Assembly: GCA_964016885.1 (NCBI GenBank)
Contig: OZ024741.1
Span: forward strand, 285,386,001-285,450,000
Reading direction: 5' to 3'
DNA: 64,000 bases
DNA from: Eledone cirrhosa
Lineage: Eukaryota
Part shown: positions 1 through 11,740 of the stretch, piece by piece
Layout of the letters: each line of letters opens with the position of its first letter
Numbering within the stretch: position 1 is the first letter of the stretch
Position numbers and translations under genes: made by a program
Notes under the pieces: generated by a model
The model's input: only the letters and a program-made list of their open reading frames with translations
Databases searched by the model: none
Told to the model about the DNA's origin: nothing

Positions 1-1
1 C

Positions 2-1498
2 TGCCCTAGTAGACCTATAAGAGGTAGACCCCCTACCATAACCTCAATGGCTAAAAAGACTCCCATAGGAAGGTGGATTGGGTGGACCAAAGCTATACGG
101 ACCCCCCAAAACACTGATCAGGTAAGAAAAATGGTCGCACATGCAATAGGGGCTAGTATCAAAACTACCCTAAAGGGCCACATATTTAAGTTCAATGAGA
201 AAATCTACACCCAAAATGAGGGAGCAGCCATCGGCGTCAGCATAGCTGGCGATGTTGCCAACCTTTTCATGGTATGGTGGGAAAGGAGACTTAAAGATCT
301 CCTTAATGAAAGCTCCATAGACCTCATCATGTACTCTCGTTATGTAGACGATATCAATATAGTTATAAGAACACCCCCACTAGAGAGCACTAACAAGTTT
401 GATTTAGAACGTAGCACGATGGAAAGCATCCAGCAGATAGCTAATTCCATACACCAGAGTATAACTGTAACTATAGACTTCCCTTCCAAACACCCTAACA
501 ATAGACTACCTGTATTAGACACAGAACTCTGGATTAACACTATAGACGAGAGAGCCCAAATTCTCCACTCACACTATGCTAAACCCATGGCCTCCAAATA
601 CCTGATACTCAAAAACTCAGCAATGTCCAGTAGTGCTAAGTTTAATATTCTGATCGCAGATTTGGTACGAGTGATGAAGAATGTGTCCAGCATGTGCGAC
701 CCAACAGAAATGGAAGGACACATCCAACACTTCATCAACCGCATGCAGTTCTCTGGCTACAACCAAAGAGACAGAGTCAGAGTATACGAAGGAGCCATGG
801 AAAAGTATAAGACCCTCATAGAACTGGACATGAAAGGAATTTGCCCACTATACAGGAGCAAATCATGGAATAGCTTAGATAGGGCTAGACATAAGATAGG
901 GAAGGCCACATCATGGTACGACAACCAGAGATATCAGAGTGTCATGTTTGTGGACGCCACCCCTGGAGGGAAATTAGCTAACCAGTGTAGAAAGGCCCTG
1001 AGAAAGACCCACTTAAAAATAAAGGTGGTAGAAAAGCCAGGAACCACCATAAAATCCCTGATCAGCAAAACCTACCCTTTTAAGAAAACCCACTGTACCA
1101 ATAGGAAATGTATCATATGTAAGGTGAACCCCCGGATAAACTGTAAAACTAGAAACGTAGTCTATAGCATAAGATGTACAGAGGGTACTTGCAGAAACAC
1201 GACAACAACATACATAGGTGAGACAGCTCGTAGCATAGGTGAAAGGATAGACCAACACTGGGGGGAACTAAAAGGACGAAAAAACGGGTCAGTACTATAC
1301 GAACATGCTAGACAACATCATGACGGTAACATAGACAACATAGAAATTAGAATAATATCTAAACATAGGAATGACCCAGCAGATAGGCAAATCAGAGAGG
1401 CCAGTGAAATAGAAATTAGAAGACCAAAGCTAAACAGAAAGAATGAGTGGAACAACAACAACACCCAAACAAACAACACTGACCTAAGAGAAGTATAA
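2..1498 (+). CDS. Penelope-like retroelement polyprotein (RT + C-terminal GIY-YIG endonuclease), Naiad-like; 5' truncated by window edge
   Basis: The frame is open from nt 2 (CPSRPIRGRPPTITSM...). It has RT motifs QNEGAAIG and RYVDD, thumb motifs LPVLD, HYAKPMAS and SGY, a Cys-rich linker (CTNRKCIIC), and GIY-YIG motifs VVYSIRC..YIGET..R..H..EA..LNRKNEW. No internal stops. Confidence 0.93.
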   Translation, partial: CPSRPIRGRPPTITSMAKKTPIGRWIGWTKAIRTPQNTDQVRKMVAHAIGASIKTTLKGHIFKFNEKIYTQNEGAAIGVSIAGDVANLFMVWWERRLKDLLNESSIDLIMYSRYVDDINIVIRTPPLESTNKFDLERSTMESIQQIANSIHQSITVTIDFPSKHPNNRLPVLDTELWINTIDERAQILHSHYAKPMASKYLILKNSAMSSSAKFNILIADLVRVMKNVSSMCDPTEMEGHIQHFINRMQFSGYNQRDRVRVYEGAMEKYKTLIELDMKGICPLYRSKSWNSLDRARHKIGKATSWYDNQRYQSVMFVDATPGGKLANQCRKALRKTHLKIKVVEKPGTTIKSLISKTYPFKKTHCTNRKCIICKVNPRINCKTRNVVYSIRCTEGTCRNTTTTYIGETARSIGERIDQHWGELKGRKNGSVLYEHARQHHDGNIDNIEIRIISKHRNDPADRQIREASEIEIRRPKLNRKNEWNNNNTQTNNTDLREV

Positions 1499-1769
1499 AT
1501 AAATAAGTAAATTAAATTAAATAAAATAAGATAAATAAATACATACACAAGCACATAAACACACACTAGTCACCCAGCAGACACAACACTATACACACTA
1601 GTCACACATCACACATAACACTATACACACACGCAAACGCATGCGCAAAGAAGACAAAATAAAATAAGATAAACAAACAAGCAAATAAATAAATAAATAT
1701 ATAGACAGACTGAACAAAAAAAAAAATGGCGTAGACATACAACACAACAGGAGGAACAATGAATATAAC

Positions 1770-1810
1770 ACCACTGACGATGTTGCAGATGTGCAACGAA
1801 AGATTTATGT
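1770..1810 (+). ncRNA. Candidate minimal type-I hammerhead in the 3' pLTR of the Naiad-like PLE
   Basis: CTGACGA at 1774-1780, stem II GTTGCA/TGCAAC, GAAA at 1798-1801, then GATT-TA. Stem I is only about 2 bp, so possibly decayed. Confidence 0.55.
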
Positions 1811-2370
1811 AAACTATATATATATGTGTTTGTCTATATTGTATCTGTATTATTTTTGACCGCCGGTCAGTCAATGGCAACATTGAGGACCGAGTAAGTT
1901 AGATCGCAGATATATATATATAAAAGACAGCGAGAAGCGAAAACCAACCAAACAGTGAGTGTGTTCTGTTATTAATTCTGGCAATATTACGCAAATATGA
2001 CCCTCCCCAAATATAACAATATATATATATGTATAGTAGAATAATCGAGTATCGAAAAATCGGCGCACGAGTTCACGATAAACAAAATTCGACATGAGTG
2101 GCAGAGGGCTCAATAATTCAGATAAGTCAGAGCTATAACTATCGTTAAAATACCAACACACAAAGATTATGTCTAAAATCACCCATACGACCGAAAAATT
2201 ACGATCAGGAAGATTCGGGTCACTCAGATAAAATATCAATAAATCAATATGAATGTAGATAAATCTCCCAAAATGTCCAATCCGTATGAAGAACTCAATG
2301 TAATCCAAATATGAAAAGAGAAGATGCATTCAACATTTTTCGATAAAAATCATAGGAAAACAGAGTCAAG

Positions 2371-2729
2371 ATAAATTAATAAAAACAATGAAATAAAAAC
2401 AAAGAACAAGTTCATATATTAAAAAATTCATCATTTTACGATTGTTTATAGGATGTATATGTGTGTTGGTATGTATATCATATAGATCTATGTAAATATA
2501 TTACAAATTATCAGAGGAAATATACATACCTTCACATATACAAACCATTTCTGAGGACTGCTTGTATATGTGAAGGTATGTATATTTCCTCTGATAATTT
2601 GTAATATTTTTACATAGATCTATATGATATACATACCAACACACATATACATCCTAGAAACGATCGTAAAATGATGAATTTTTTAATATAAGGAACGTGT
2701 TCTTTGTTTTTATTTCATTGTTTTTATTA

Positions 2730-2735
<6 letters not shown>
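2371..2735. repeat. Fold-back inverted repeat (arms 2371-2543 / 2562-2735), non-autonomous PLE pLTR ending in (TA)n
   Basis: Arms are near-perfect reverse complements. The 18-nt spacer contains CTGAGGA, and (AT)n follows at 2735-2803. Confidence 0.9.
2544..2675 (+). ncRNA. Type-I hammerhead with ~100-nt extended stem II
   Basis: CATTT-CTGAGGA (2551-2557), long hairpin (TGTATATGTG/CACATATACA and GGTATGTATAT/ATATACATACC), GAAA at 2657-2660, palindrome CGATCG, TA, then AAATG closing stem I. Confidence 0.7.
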
Positions 2736-2802
<67 letters not shown>

Positions 2803-2806
<4 letters not shown>

Positions 2807-3068
2807 AAAGTTTTATTTAAAATTGTTGGGTTACAACGAGTAAAAATTTTATAACTGATATAAAAGCACTCAACAGGTTTTGGAGTACCAAATCAACTTT
2901 TTAAATGGAAGTTGCACTGTTTAAGGTATGTCAAATTTATTTATAAAACGGTTTATATATTGTATTTTGTCTGAGGAAGGCATACCATATTTTTAATATG
3001 ATATCCCTGAAATATATATAATGAAATAAATATGGTTTTATAAATATAGTTTCCATTTGTTTAATATC

Positions 3069-3070
<2 letters not shown>
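2803..3070 (+). mobile_element. Non-autonomous PLE family A copy (inverted extension + hammerhead pLTR) between two (TA)n tracts
   Basis: 2920-3070 matches 7545-7691, and 2803-2887 is the reverse complement of 8012-8098. Flanked by (AT)n on both sides. Confidence 0.8.
2963..3028 (+). ncRNA. Type-I hammerhead, family A
   Basis: TATTTTGT-CTGAGGA (2971-2977), stem II AGG..CCT, GAAA (3009-3012), TATATA, TA, ATGAAATA. Stem I is 8 bp with two GU pairs. Confidence 0.8.
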
Positions 3071-3146
<76 letters not shown>

Positions 3147-3174
3147 GTATATATCTATATATGTTATATGCAGG

Positions 3175-4685
3175 TAGACGACCAGTTAGGGTATCGTAAC
3201 TGGTAAATCTCGAAGTATCCTGAGGTAAGCACTCAACATCCTGAAGTATCCCAAATTACATTTGGTGGTCCAAGTGGAGTATATGCACTGAAAAATAAAT
3301 ATGCATAATGGGTTTTTACGATTTATTCGGAAATTCTTTTTATTACACATGTTTCAACGGGTTTAACGATAATGCGGTGTGTTGGTTCTATAATATGAAT
3401 CCGACCTTTTCAGACGGTCTGGTCTTCTGAACATTGTTTTTAACGTAACAAAATATAAAACTACCAAACAAAGATACTTTGCTTTAATTTCTTATTTTCC
3501 TTTGAAACAAAAAGGGAGCAAAACTAAAAGCAAGATGGAAAAGATAATCCTTTATTAATAATCAATCATACAGACTAATAGGCAGTAACTAATAAATTGA
3601 ACGATGGTAAAGATGATGAACAAACACAATTTCAGGCGTTGTTGAAAATATAATTGACCGAGTAAAGTTTTTAAAAAATATCAGAGAGAACAAGTGAATG
3701 TAGAGGATGGAAGGATAGCGGGATGGTGAGGAGAGTAGGGGTGAGGTAAAGGAGAGAAGATTAATGAAAATAAATATTTAAATTATATAGAATACAATAT
3801 AATTGATTTAAAATATATAGAATGCAATATAATTCTTCACCGTATCACCATTATATGTTTCTGTAAGGCAAATTCTAGCCTCTATATCTCACCATACCAA
3901 ACAGTGCTCAGTGATAAAATATTGCTGATATTGCTTTAACCCTTTAACATTTTCAATATTCTATATTTACTATTTTATTTTCACTGTAAAGGCTTTATAT
4001 CATATACTTATCTCACATAATATCGAATCTATGAAATGTGGTTGTTATTTCTTTTGAGAACAATACCTTAACGCCGGTATGGGTGGCAAGTTACCGTCGG
4101 TTTGAACAGAACGAGGTGAGAGAATTTTGGCCAGATACAGCCGGTTTAAATGCTGAAGGCTTAATCTACGGACAAGAATCTAAGTCCCTCCTTCTCTGCT
4201 TACATGACCAGAAAGTATATAACTGATTTATTGTGGTGATGTTTGCCGTATTTATTTTCATTCTGACATTCATGCCTAAAATGTGTCTCTTTTCTTTCAT
4301 CTCCACACACTGTATTCTCTTCATTTAACCCCACAATGTGACTCTTTTTCCAATGTTTTTCTATACGTTTCTCGTACAAGCTCCCCCTTTTACACTAGTC
4401 GAAAACTGCAGTCAGAAAATTATAATTAACTTGAAATCAAGAAATCTATTGTTTTATGCGCATTACATATCAGTGGTTAAATCTACTATCTGGCAAAAGT
4501 TTAAATCTTTCTCGCCAATATCAATAACACAAAATGGCTTTCTCTTCACATTTACTCCACCCATTCTTCGTTCATCATACTCCTCCATTACGGAAGTGAC
4601 CTTATTCACTTTCTCCATCACTACATTTTTTTCTCTTATTACTAACACTAGCAGAAAAACCACCATTCGGGTGGTTTTCTGCTAG
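3175..4685 (-). mobile_element. Decayed PLE remnant (N-terminal ORF traces, degenerate hammerhead, extension)
   Basis: The minus strand shows frameshifted GLRFL.. and ..RG/LEFAL traces resembling PLE N-termini. It also has CTGAAAA..GAAACATGTGTA at ~3340-3415 and TGTTGAGTGC at 3229-3238 near (TA)n. Confidence 0.4.
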
Positions 4686-5244
4686 CATGTGTAGTGTGTA
4701 TATTGATATTATACACAAATATATATATGCATGTAGATATGATACGTCAAATAAAATCGTACTTGACAATATACACAGAAATTGAACAAAGCCTGTTACA
4801 CTGTCTTCTGTAATCAGTAATCCATGATATATTTTTAAAAAAGACGACATTATATATAAACTGCATTAGGAGAGAATTAGCGACGGAAATATATGCGATA
4901 TTTTTATAAGTGTTATAATATAACGGCCGCTAACCTGAAGTGTTGACATTTGATAATTTTAAAGAAATGAATTTTAAAGATTAAGCTATAAAATATATTC
5001 AATCAACAGCCACGAAATTTAGCACCAAAATTATGTAATATTCATTCATTATTTATTCAAAGTAATCCAACTTATTTTACAAACGGAGTAAAAAAATATA
5101 TTCTGGACGCAATCCCGCAGAGCTTCCTTTATTATAGTTAAGATTTTCGTCTCATTTGCTCAGAATGTGTTTGGCTGCTCCACGTTTTACTGCCCAACCT
5201 ATTCGCCAAGTTTCTAGTGCGCAGCGCTAAAATGAATATTTATA

Positions 5245-5294
<50 letters not shown>

Positions 5295-5333
5295 GATATT
5301 AATAAATGGAAACTATATTTATAAAACCATATT

Positions 5334-5398
5334 TATTTCATTATACATATTTGAGGGATACCAAATTAAATTATGGTATGCCTTCATCAGACAAAATA
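5334..5398 (-). ncRNA. Family A hammerhead, probably inactive (GAAA to CAAA)
   Basis: The minus strand has CTGATGA (5384-5390), but G12 is replaced by C (plus-strand g at 5353). Confidence 0.7.
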
Positions 5399-7586
5399 CA
5401 ATATATAACAGTTTTACAAATAAGCTTGACGTACCCTTTTAAAATGCGACCATTATTTTTGGAGGCCATCTGGATAGTGAATTGTTTATATTATTTTAAT
5501 AAGTCTTAGTGTTAAGGACAATTAGAAAAAGACGGAGAGAAAGAAAAAAGACGGAGAGAGAGAAAAAAGAAAAAGAAAAAAACGTGGAGAAATATCGGAG
5601 AGAGAGAAATGCGTGGAGAAAAAAGGAAGAGATAAATAAAGACAGGAGGAAAGAAAGAAAAAAGAAAGAAAAAAGAAAAAAGGAAGAAATAAGAAAAACA
5701 GAGGAAAGCAACAGAGAGATATCAAATCATCAGACAGATAGAAAGACTCAAGAGAGAGAAATAATATATAGAGAGAGGGGGAGATAATGAAAACTTTACG
5801 TCATATCATATTAAGTTGAGTTAACAATTTATATGAAATGAATAATAAAAATATAAATATTAATATTCATGAATGGGACATAGATATATAATATGAGAAA
5901 TTAAACATTGTTTAATAATGATTATATGTTTAGTTTAAAATTGAGATCAATATGCTAAAATTTGAATTTAAGCAGCCAAAATGTACACATTGCTAGAGAA
6001 ACCACTATCTTACGGCAAAGATACACAAATATATATATATATGTACGCACATCCTGAAAATAGAAATTATATCTACTCAAGCCTACAATATAGACATACA
6101 AAACACAAATGAATTAAAAAAAATTTTTTAAATTTTTAAATTTTTAAATTTTTTAAACTTTTAAAATTTTTAAATTATATTGATATAATATTTATTTAAC
6201 TTTTATTTTTATTTTAATTTTTATTTTAATTTTTATTTATTTTTACTAGGTTTGTTTTGATTCTGATAGCTTCTCATAATTTTCATAAGTCTACCCTTTC
6301 AATATCTTGATTGAAATATACGTAGGATAAATTTCTATACTAAATATATGAAACATATTATTTTAACTTAAGATATTCTATAGTGTTTTAACGATATTTA
6401 ATGTTTTGATATTTCTAGAATTCGTTTGTCCTTTAGACTATACTGATATAATTGTATTTACAAAATATAATCCTTTGGTATTTTAAATTTATATTGTTAT
6501 AATTATATTTCCAAAGTATAATCCTTTAGTAATATATTGATATGTATGTGTGTGTATTAACATGCATATAAAAGTGTTATATGTTTTTTTATGATTGTAT
6601 ATCTGTCTGTATGTGTACATGAGTGATGCGGGTCTAACAATTGGTGAAAACGCACGCAAATATTTATTTATACATATGTGTATGTGTATATATATATGTA
6701 TATGTATGTGTGTGGGTGAGAGTTATGTGTGTGTATGCCTACCCACGCAGTTTTGATTGCAGATATGCATAATTTTAACAGAATGTTAAATGCATGAATG
6801 GTAATCGTATATATGAAGGCATGAATGTTAATCGTATATATTTATCTATATATACTGTGAACTTTTTATAACACAAGGAATGTATAGCAGTGATTAAGAG
6901 AAATCATTTGTGTTTTGTATGTCTATATTGTAGGCTTGAGTAGATATAATTTCTATTTTCAGGATGTGCGTACATATATATATATATATATTTGTGTATC
7001 TTTGTCGTAAGATAGTGGTTTCTCTTGGATGCTTAAATTCAAATTTTAGTATATTGATCTCAATTTTAAACTAAACATATAAATTTCTCATATTATATAT
7101 TTATGTCCCATTCATGAATATTAATATTTATATTTTTATTATTCATTTCATATAAATTGTTAACTCAACTTAATATGATATGACGTAAAGTTTTCATTAT
7201 CTCCCCCTCTCTCTATATATTATTTCTCTCTCTTGAGTCTTTCTATCTGTCTGATGATTTGATATATCTCTGTTGCTTTCCTCTGTTTTTCTTATTTCCT
7301 CCTTTTTTCTTTTTTCTTTCTTTTTTCTTTCTTTCCTCCTGTCTTTATTTATCTCTTCCTTTTTTCTCCACGCATTTCTCTCTCTCCGATATTTCTCCAC
7401 GTTTTTTTCTTTTTCTTTTTTCTCTCTCTCCGTCTTTTTTCTTTCTCTCCGTCTTTTTCTAATTGTCCTTAACACTAAGACTTATTAAAATAATATAAAC
7501 AATTCACTATCCAGATGGCCTCCAAAAATAATGGTCGCATTTTAAAAGGGTACGTCAAAGCTTATTTGTAAAACTGTTATATATAG

Positions 7587-7651
7587 TATTTTGTCTGATG
7601 AAGGCATACCATAATTTAATTTGGTATCCCTGAAATATGTATAATGAAATA
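7587..7651 (+). ncRNA. Type-I hammerhead, family A, intact core
   Basis: CTGATGA at 7595-7601, stem II AGG-ATACCA/TGGTAT-CCT, GAAA at 7632-7635, TATGTA, TA, ATGAAATA. Confidence 0.82.
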
Positions 7652-7690
7652 AATATGGTTTTATAAATATAGTTTCCATTTATTAATATC

Positions 7691-7810
<120 letters not shown>

Positions 7811-7941
7811 TATAAATATTCATTTTAGCGCTGCGCACTAGAAACTTGGCGAATAGGTTGGGCAGTAAAACGTGGAGCAGCCAAACACATTCTGAGCAAA
7901 TGAGACGAAAATCTTAACTATATAATAAAGGAAGCTCTGCG

Positions 7942-8095
7942 TATCCCTGAAATATGTATAATGAAATAAATATGGTTTTATAAATATAGTTTCCATTTAT
8001 TAATATCGTGTATCTACTCCAAATACTTGTCGAGTGCTTTATATCAGTTATAAAAATATTTACTTGTTGTATCCCAACAATTTAAATAGAACTTT

Positions 8096-8098
<3 letters not shown>
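7942..8098 (+). mobile_element. Partial family A pLTR plus its 3' extension
   Basis: Repeats 7625-7692, then continues into an extension containing TGTCGAGTGC and ends in (AT)n. Confidence 0.75.
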
Positions 8099-8189
<91 letters not shown>

Positions 8190-8230
8190 GCAATAATAAT
8201 AAATTTGAAGACTATCTGTTATTTTAATAA

Positions 8231-8296
<66 letters not shown>

Positions 8297-8340
8297 GTAA
8301 TAATATTGCCAGAATTAATAACAGAACACATTCATCGCCG

Positions 8341-8398
<58 letters not shown>

Positions 8399-8420
8399 AA
8401 TATATATAATAAATATATAT

Positions 8421-8539
8421 AATTGTTTTTACTTTCGGCACAAGGCCGGCAATTAACCCGGTGCATTACTGGTACTTTATTTTATCGACCTCGTAAGGAT
8501 GAAAGGCAAAGTTAATTCGGCGGCATTTGAACTCAGACC
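8421..8539 (-). mobile_element. tRNA-derived Deu/Nin-type SINE, partial
   Basis: Reverse complement of the B-box GAGTTCAAAT and the core GCCTTTCATCCTTACG..GTCGATAAAATAAAGTACCAG seen in many copies here. Confidence 0.8.
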
Positions 8540-10786
8540 TATATAATATATAATACCTAAAATCAGTCGTAAGTAGCTATATAGTTGTAAGTCTATATGT
8601 TGGAGCACAATCGTTTCTGTAAAGGTGAGGGCATATCTGTAGTGGAGCAGGTATATATGTAGAAATATCACTGGCCGTGTGTCAGGACACGTGGTGCAAT
8701 TTAAGTAAAAGGGTGGAATGGTCATATTGGTTAATGTGGGGTCCAGAATTGACATAAAATGGATGATGAGAGACATACGAATGAAATCAACTAACTCCAA
8801 GTAAGATAGTCAATTGTAGTATATATGGAAAAGACAGAATAAGGAGACAGCCAGCGGTTGGATTATGTTGACGAAAAACGTTACATCAATCAGTTGTGGG
8901 GGCTGTCTTAGAAGATGCCGTCTTAGATAACGCAACAGTTGATGGGTAAACTGTAGCACGCAAGCCATATACGGCCCATTTAGCTTTCTGAGCATCATTT
9001 TGAATTTCAAAACTGCCTAATTTCAAAACTCCCTATTATCTACTAAAAGATGGGGTTGCCCGCCTTATGATGAGTCACATCTTATGCGGCCCAATGGTCG
9101 AAAAAGGTTAACCATGCCAGAAGTAAACTGTTCAGAAGTTTGTGAGGTTTTACATTTATCAGTTCATTAATATGAGCATCAACTTGCGTCTATTATTTTA
9201 TCTATAACCCTGTCAAGTTACACGCAACAAAGAGGACAGAGAATAACATTTTAATCTGATTATCCTCGTCTTTGAGAATTGAAGATATCTAATAAAACTA
9301 GAATTATTCTTTTATGTTGAGGTTCCATTTTGTTCCATCTTTCACATGAATCTTGCATTTAATTCTACTTGTTGAATAATAATTCACATTGACGGATTAA
9401 TGGTCGGCAGTGAATATAAGGTCACGTGCTTGGTCACATTGGCTGATCCGAAAAGAAGATTGAATATAATAATTCAATTTTCTGATGTGTGCCAAACTTT
9501 TGTATGTGCTACTGGACACTAGTAAGTTGCCCTGGCTATTCATTGTTTCTTCTCTCATCAATCACACTAACTAACCATCATTCTTTTCAGCACTTTTTAC
9601 TATCTCTTTTTAACACGACAGACAATAAGCACTATTGAAAAACTCTAAAAGCTAACGGCCTATAATTATTATCAAGAATGTTCTATTTAAACTGTCTCAC
9701 AATCGAAAGAAATTTGATGTATTTCAAATCGTCTTTGCGAAATTATGGTGTTTCTATAGCAACCTAATGGGAAAAAAGTTTGCTTCTAAGACTGTCCTAC
9801 ACGGCACATTACCATCCAGAAGATAATTAAAAAAAAATATATTTATCTTATAGATTTCTTTTTTGTCTAAATGAAAGGTATAACATTTGCGTAGCTTTGG
9901 CAATATTATTTACAGATTTTCTTTCTTACGAAAATTAATTTGTATTTTGCTACGAATTGGTACTGTGTTCATTTGTCTAGAGCGAGTAGAATAGTTTGTT
10001 ACCTAAACGACGGGAGAACAAATGTTTTTGAAATCATTTCAGGCGGTGAATTCGTAGATTCGTTGTAATGTCAGAGAGATTGATTTGCGGTATTAATTTC
10101 TACGTTGTGAAGCCAAATCACGGCGAAGTCAGCTTTTTCCTTTCGCGTTTTCGAGGTGGTCAAATATCATTCTAATCGATACTGGGATCGATTCTTACTC
10201 TATATCACTTTCAAACACCCCTCCCTCTCTCTCTTTGATTGCCTTTATCACTCTACATTTCTCTGGACGAAATTGGCTGTGTAAGAAAATATGAAGAGGC
10301 ATGGATTCCGCAAGGTTTAAATGTCCAATATGCGTCGTATATAATGTTGGCACCCCTTCAACTTCATTGGGAGTTGTGGACAAACGACGATGATGATTAT
10401 TTTTCAGCAACTCAGAATCCTCTGCTCAACATTCTAGAAATTAAAAAGAAAATACTACGGAATTTAAGAATGTCAACTTAAAGAACAAGCCTCTACGTGG
10501 TTACTGGACGTGCTAGAAATATCAGTAAAAATCTGTCAAACACACTCTAACATTTTAACAAAAAGTTTGAATGTTCACTAGTGGAACGCCTTTAATCATA
10601 TGATGGATTATAAAAATGCCTGTTTGAGACAAATGCTACATGCACAGACGTGTGGTCAGATGGACCTGACTAAAATGTGCGCCGAGTGAAGAAACCTTTC
10701 TGAACGCACGCATCCAGTGTCCGGTGTCCGTGTATTGTTGAATTATGGAGTTTTCTCGGACAGTTATTATTGCTTGTAAACAGTCC

Positions 10787-11326
10787 CTGCTATGCATCGA
10801 CTCCAACATGAAGATCACCCAGCCGCCTTCATTTTTTCCGGGAAGGGCAGACAATTTTCCTCTGCTTGGTGGCTGTGGCGAAAGAGATTACACGATGGAC
10901 GCAAGTGAAAGGATTGAAGACAGACACTTTCCTCTTCGGTCAAGTGCTCCTCAACATTTTCAAGTTCCATTTGGAAAGGAAATCGAGTGTAAATAGGGAA
11001 GTGCTGCACCCCCAGTACATTTGTTAAATGTAACGAGGGTGGCCCGAGTGGATGGGCCTACTTTGACTATGAGCTTGTAAGCTGGAGAGTTTAGAGAAGA
11101 TTGGGGTGCTCACCTATGCTGCTCTTGGAGTGTAGGGTGGTTTAGTATCGGTGGGTTTCCTAAGTCAACCCTGGGTGGTACGCTCCACTGTTGGGCAATT
11201 ATTATTGTTATGATTGTATTGTTTAGTTATCTGTTATCTTTTTCTACACGACTGTATTTAAACCCCAACTGTCCTGCATTTTGAATTGTCCTACATGTTT
11301 CGGCCCTTGTGACCAATAAGGAAAGT
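10787..11326 (+). mobile_element. Tx1/L1-type LINE 3' fragment, old
   Basis: Similar to 23410-23945 (ORF2 C-terminus and 3' UTR ending AATAAGGAAAG). Confidence 0.75.
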
Positions 11327-11328
11327 AT

Positions 11329-11740
11329 AATTGTTTCTACTTTTAGCATAAGGCCAGCAATTACCCCAGTGCATTACTGGTGTTTTGTGTTATCGACCCT
11401 GTAAGGATGAAAGGCAAAGTTAACCCCGGCGGGATTTGAAATCAGACCGTAAAAGGCCCTAACTCTATGCTGAAAAACATGGCGCCCCAACCTTTACTGC
11501 TAATAAGGAAATTACAATGATAATTATTATTATTAAGATGGCGGTGGACTGGCAGCATCCGTAGATTTTTGGAAAACTTGCTTTGTGGTATATTGTTACG
11601 TCCCTTTACGTTCTGAGTTCAAATCCCGCCAGGTTAGCTTTGCCTTTCATCCTTGCGGGGTCAATAAAATAAGTGCCATTAACTCACTGGAGTCGATTTA
11701 ATACACCCCCCAATTGATGTTCTTGTGCCTAATTAAAAAA
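11329..11740. mobile_element. Two SINE copies head-to-head (11329-11510 minus; 11540-11740 plus)
   Basis: A-box-like TGGCAGCATCCG, B-box GAGTTCAAATCC and the shared core. Confidence 0.8.

Noticed and set aside
1499-1910. SECIS element / selenoprotein Naiad
   Set aside because: There is no in-frame TGA in the visible ORF and no clear SECIS fold; the hairpin fits a hammerhead better.
5509-5787. K/E/R-rich 92-aa ORF present twice (also 7197-7475)
   Set aside because: It is a translation of a purine-rich low-complexity tract, duplicated only because of the inverted repeat.
10000-10481. CpG-richer unique segment as a host promoter or first exon
   Set aside because: Only short ORFs with no recognisable domain; splice signals are not convincing without RNA data.
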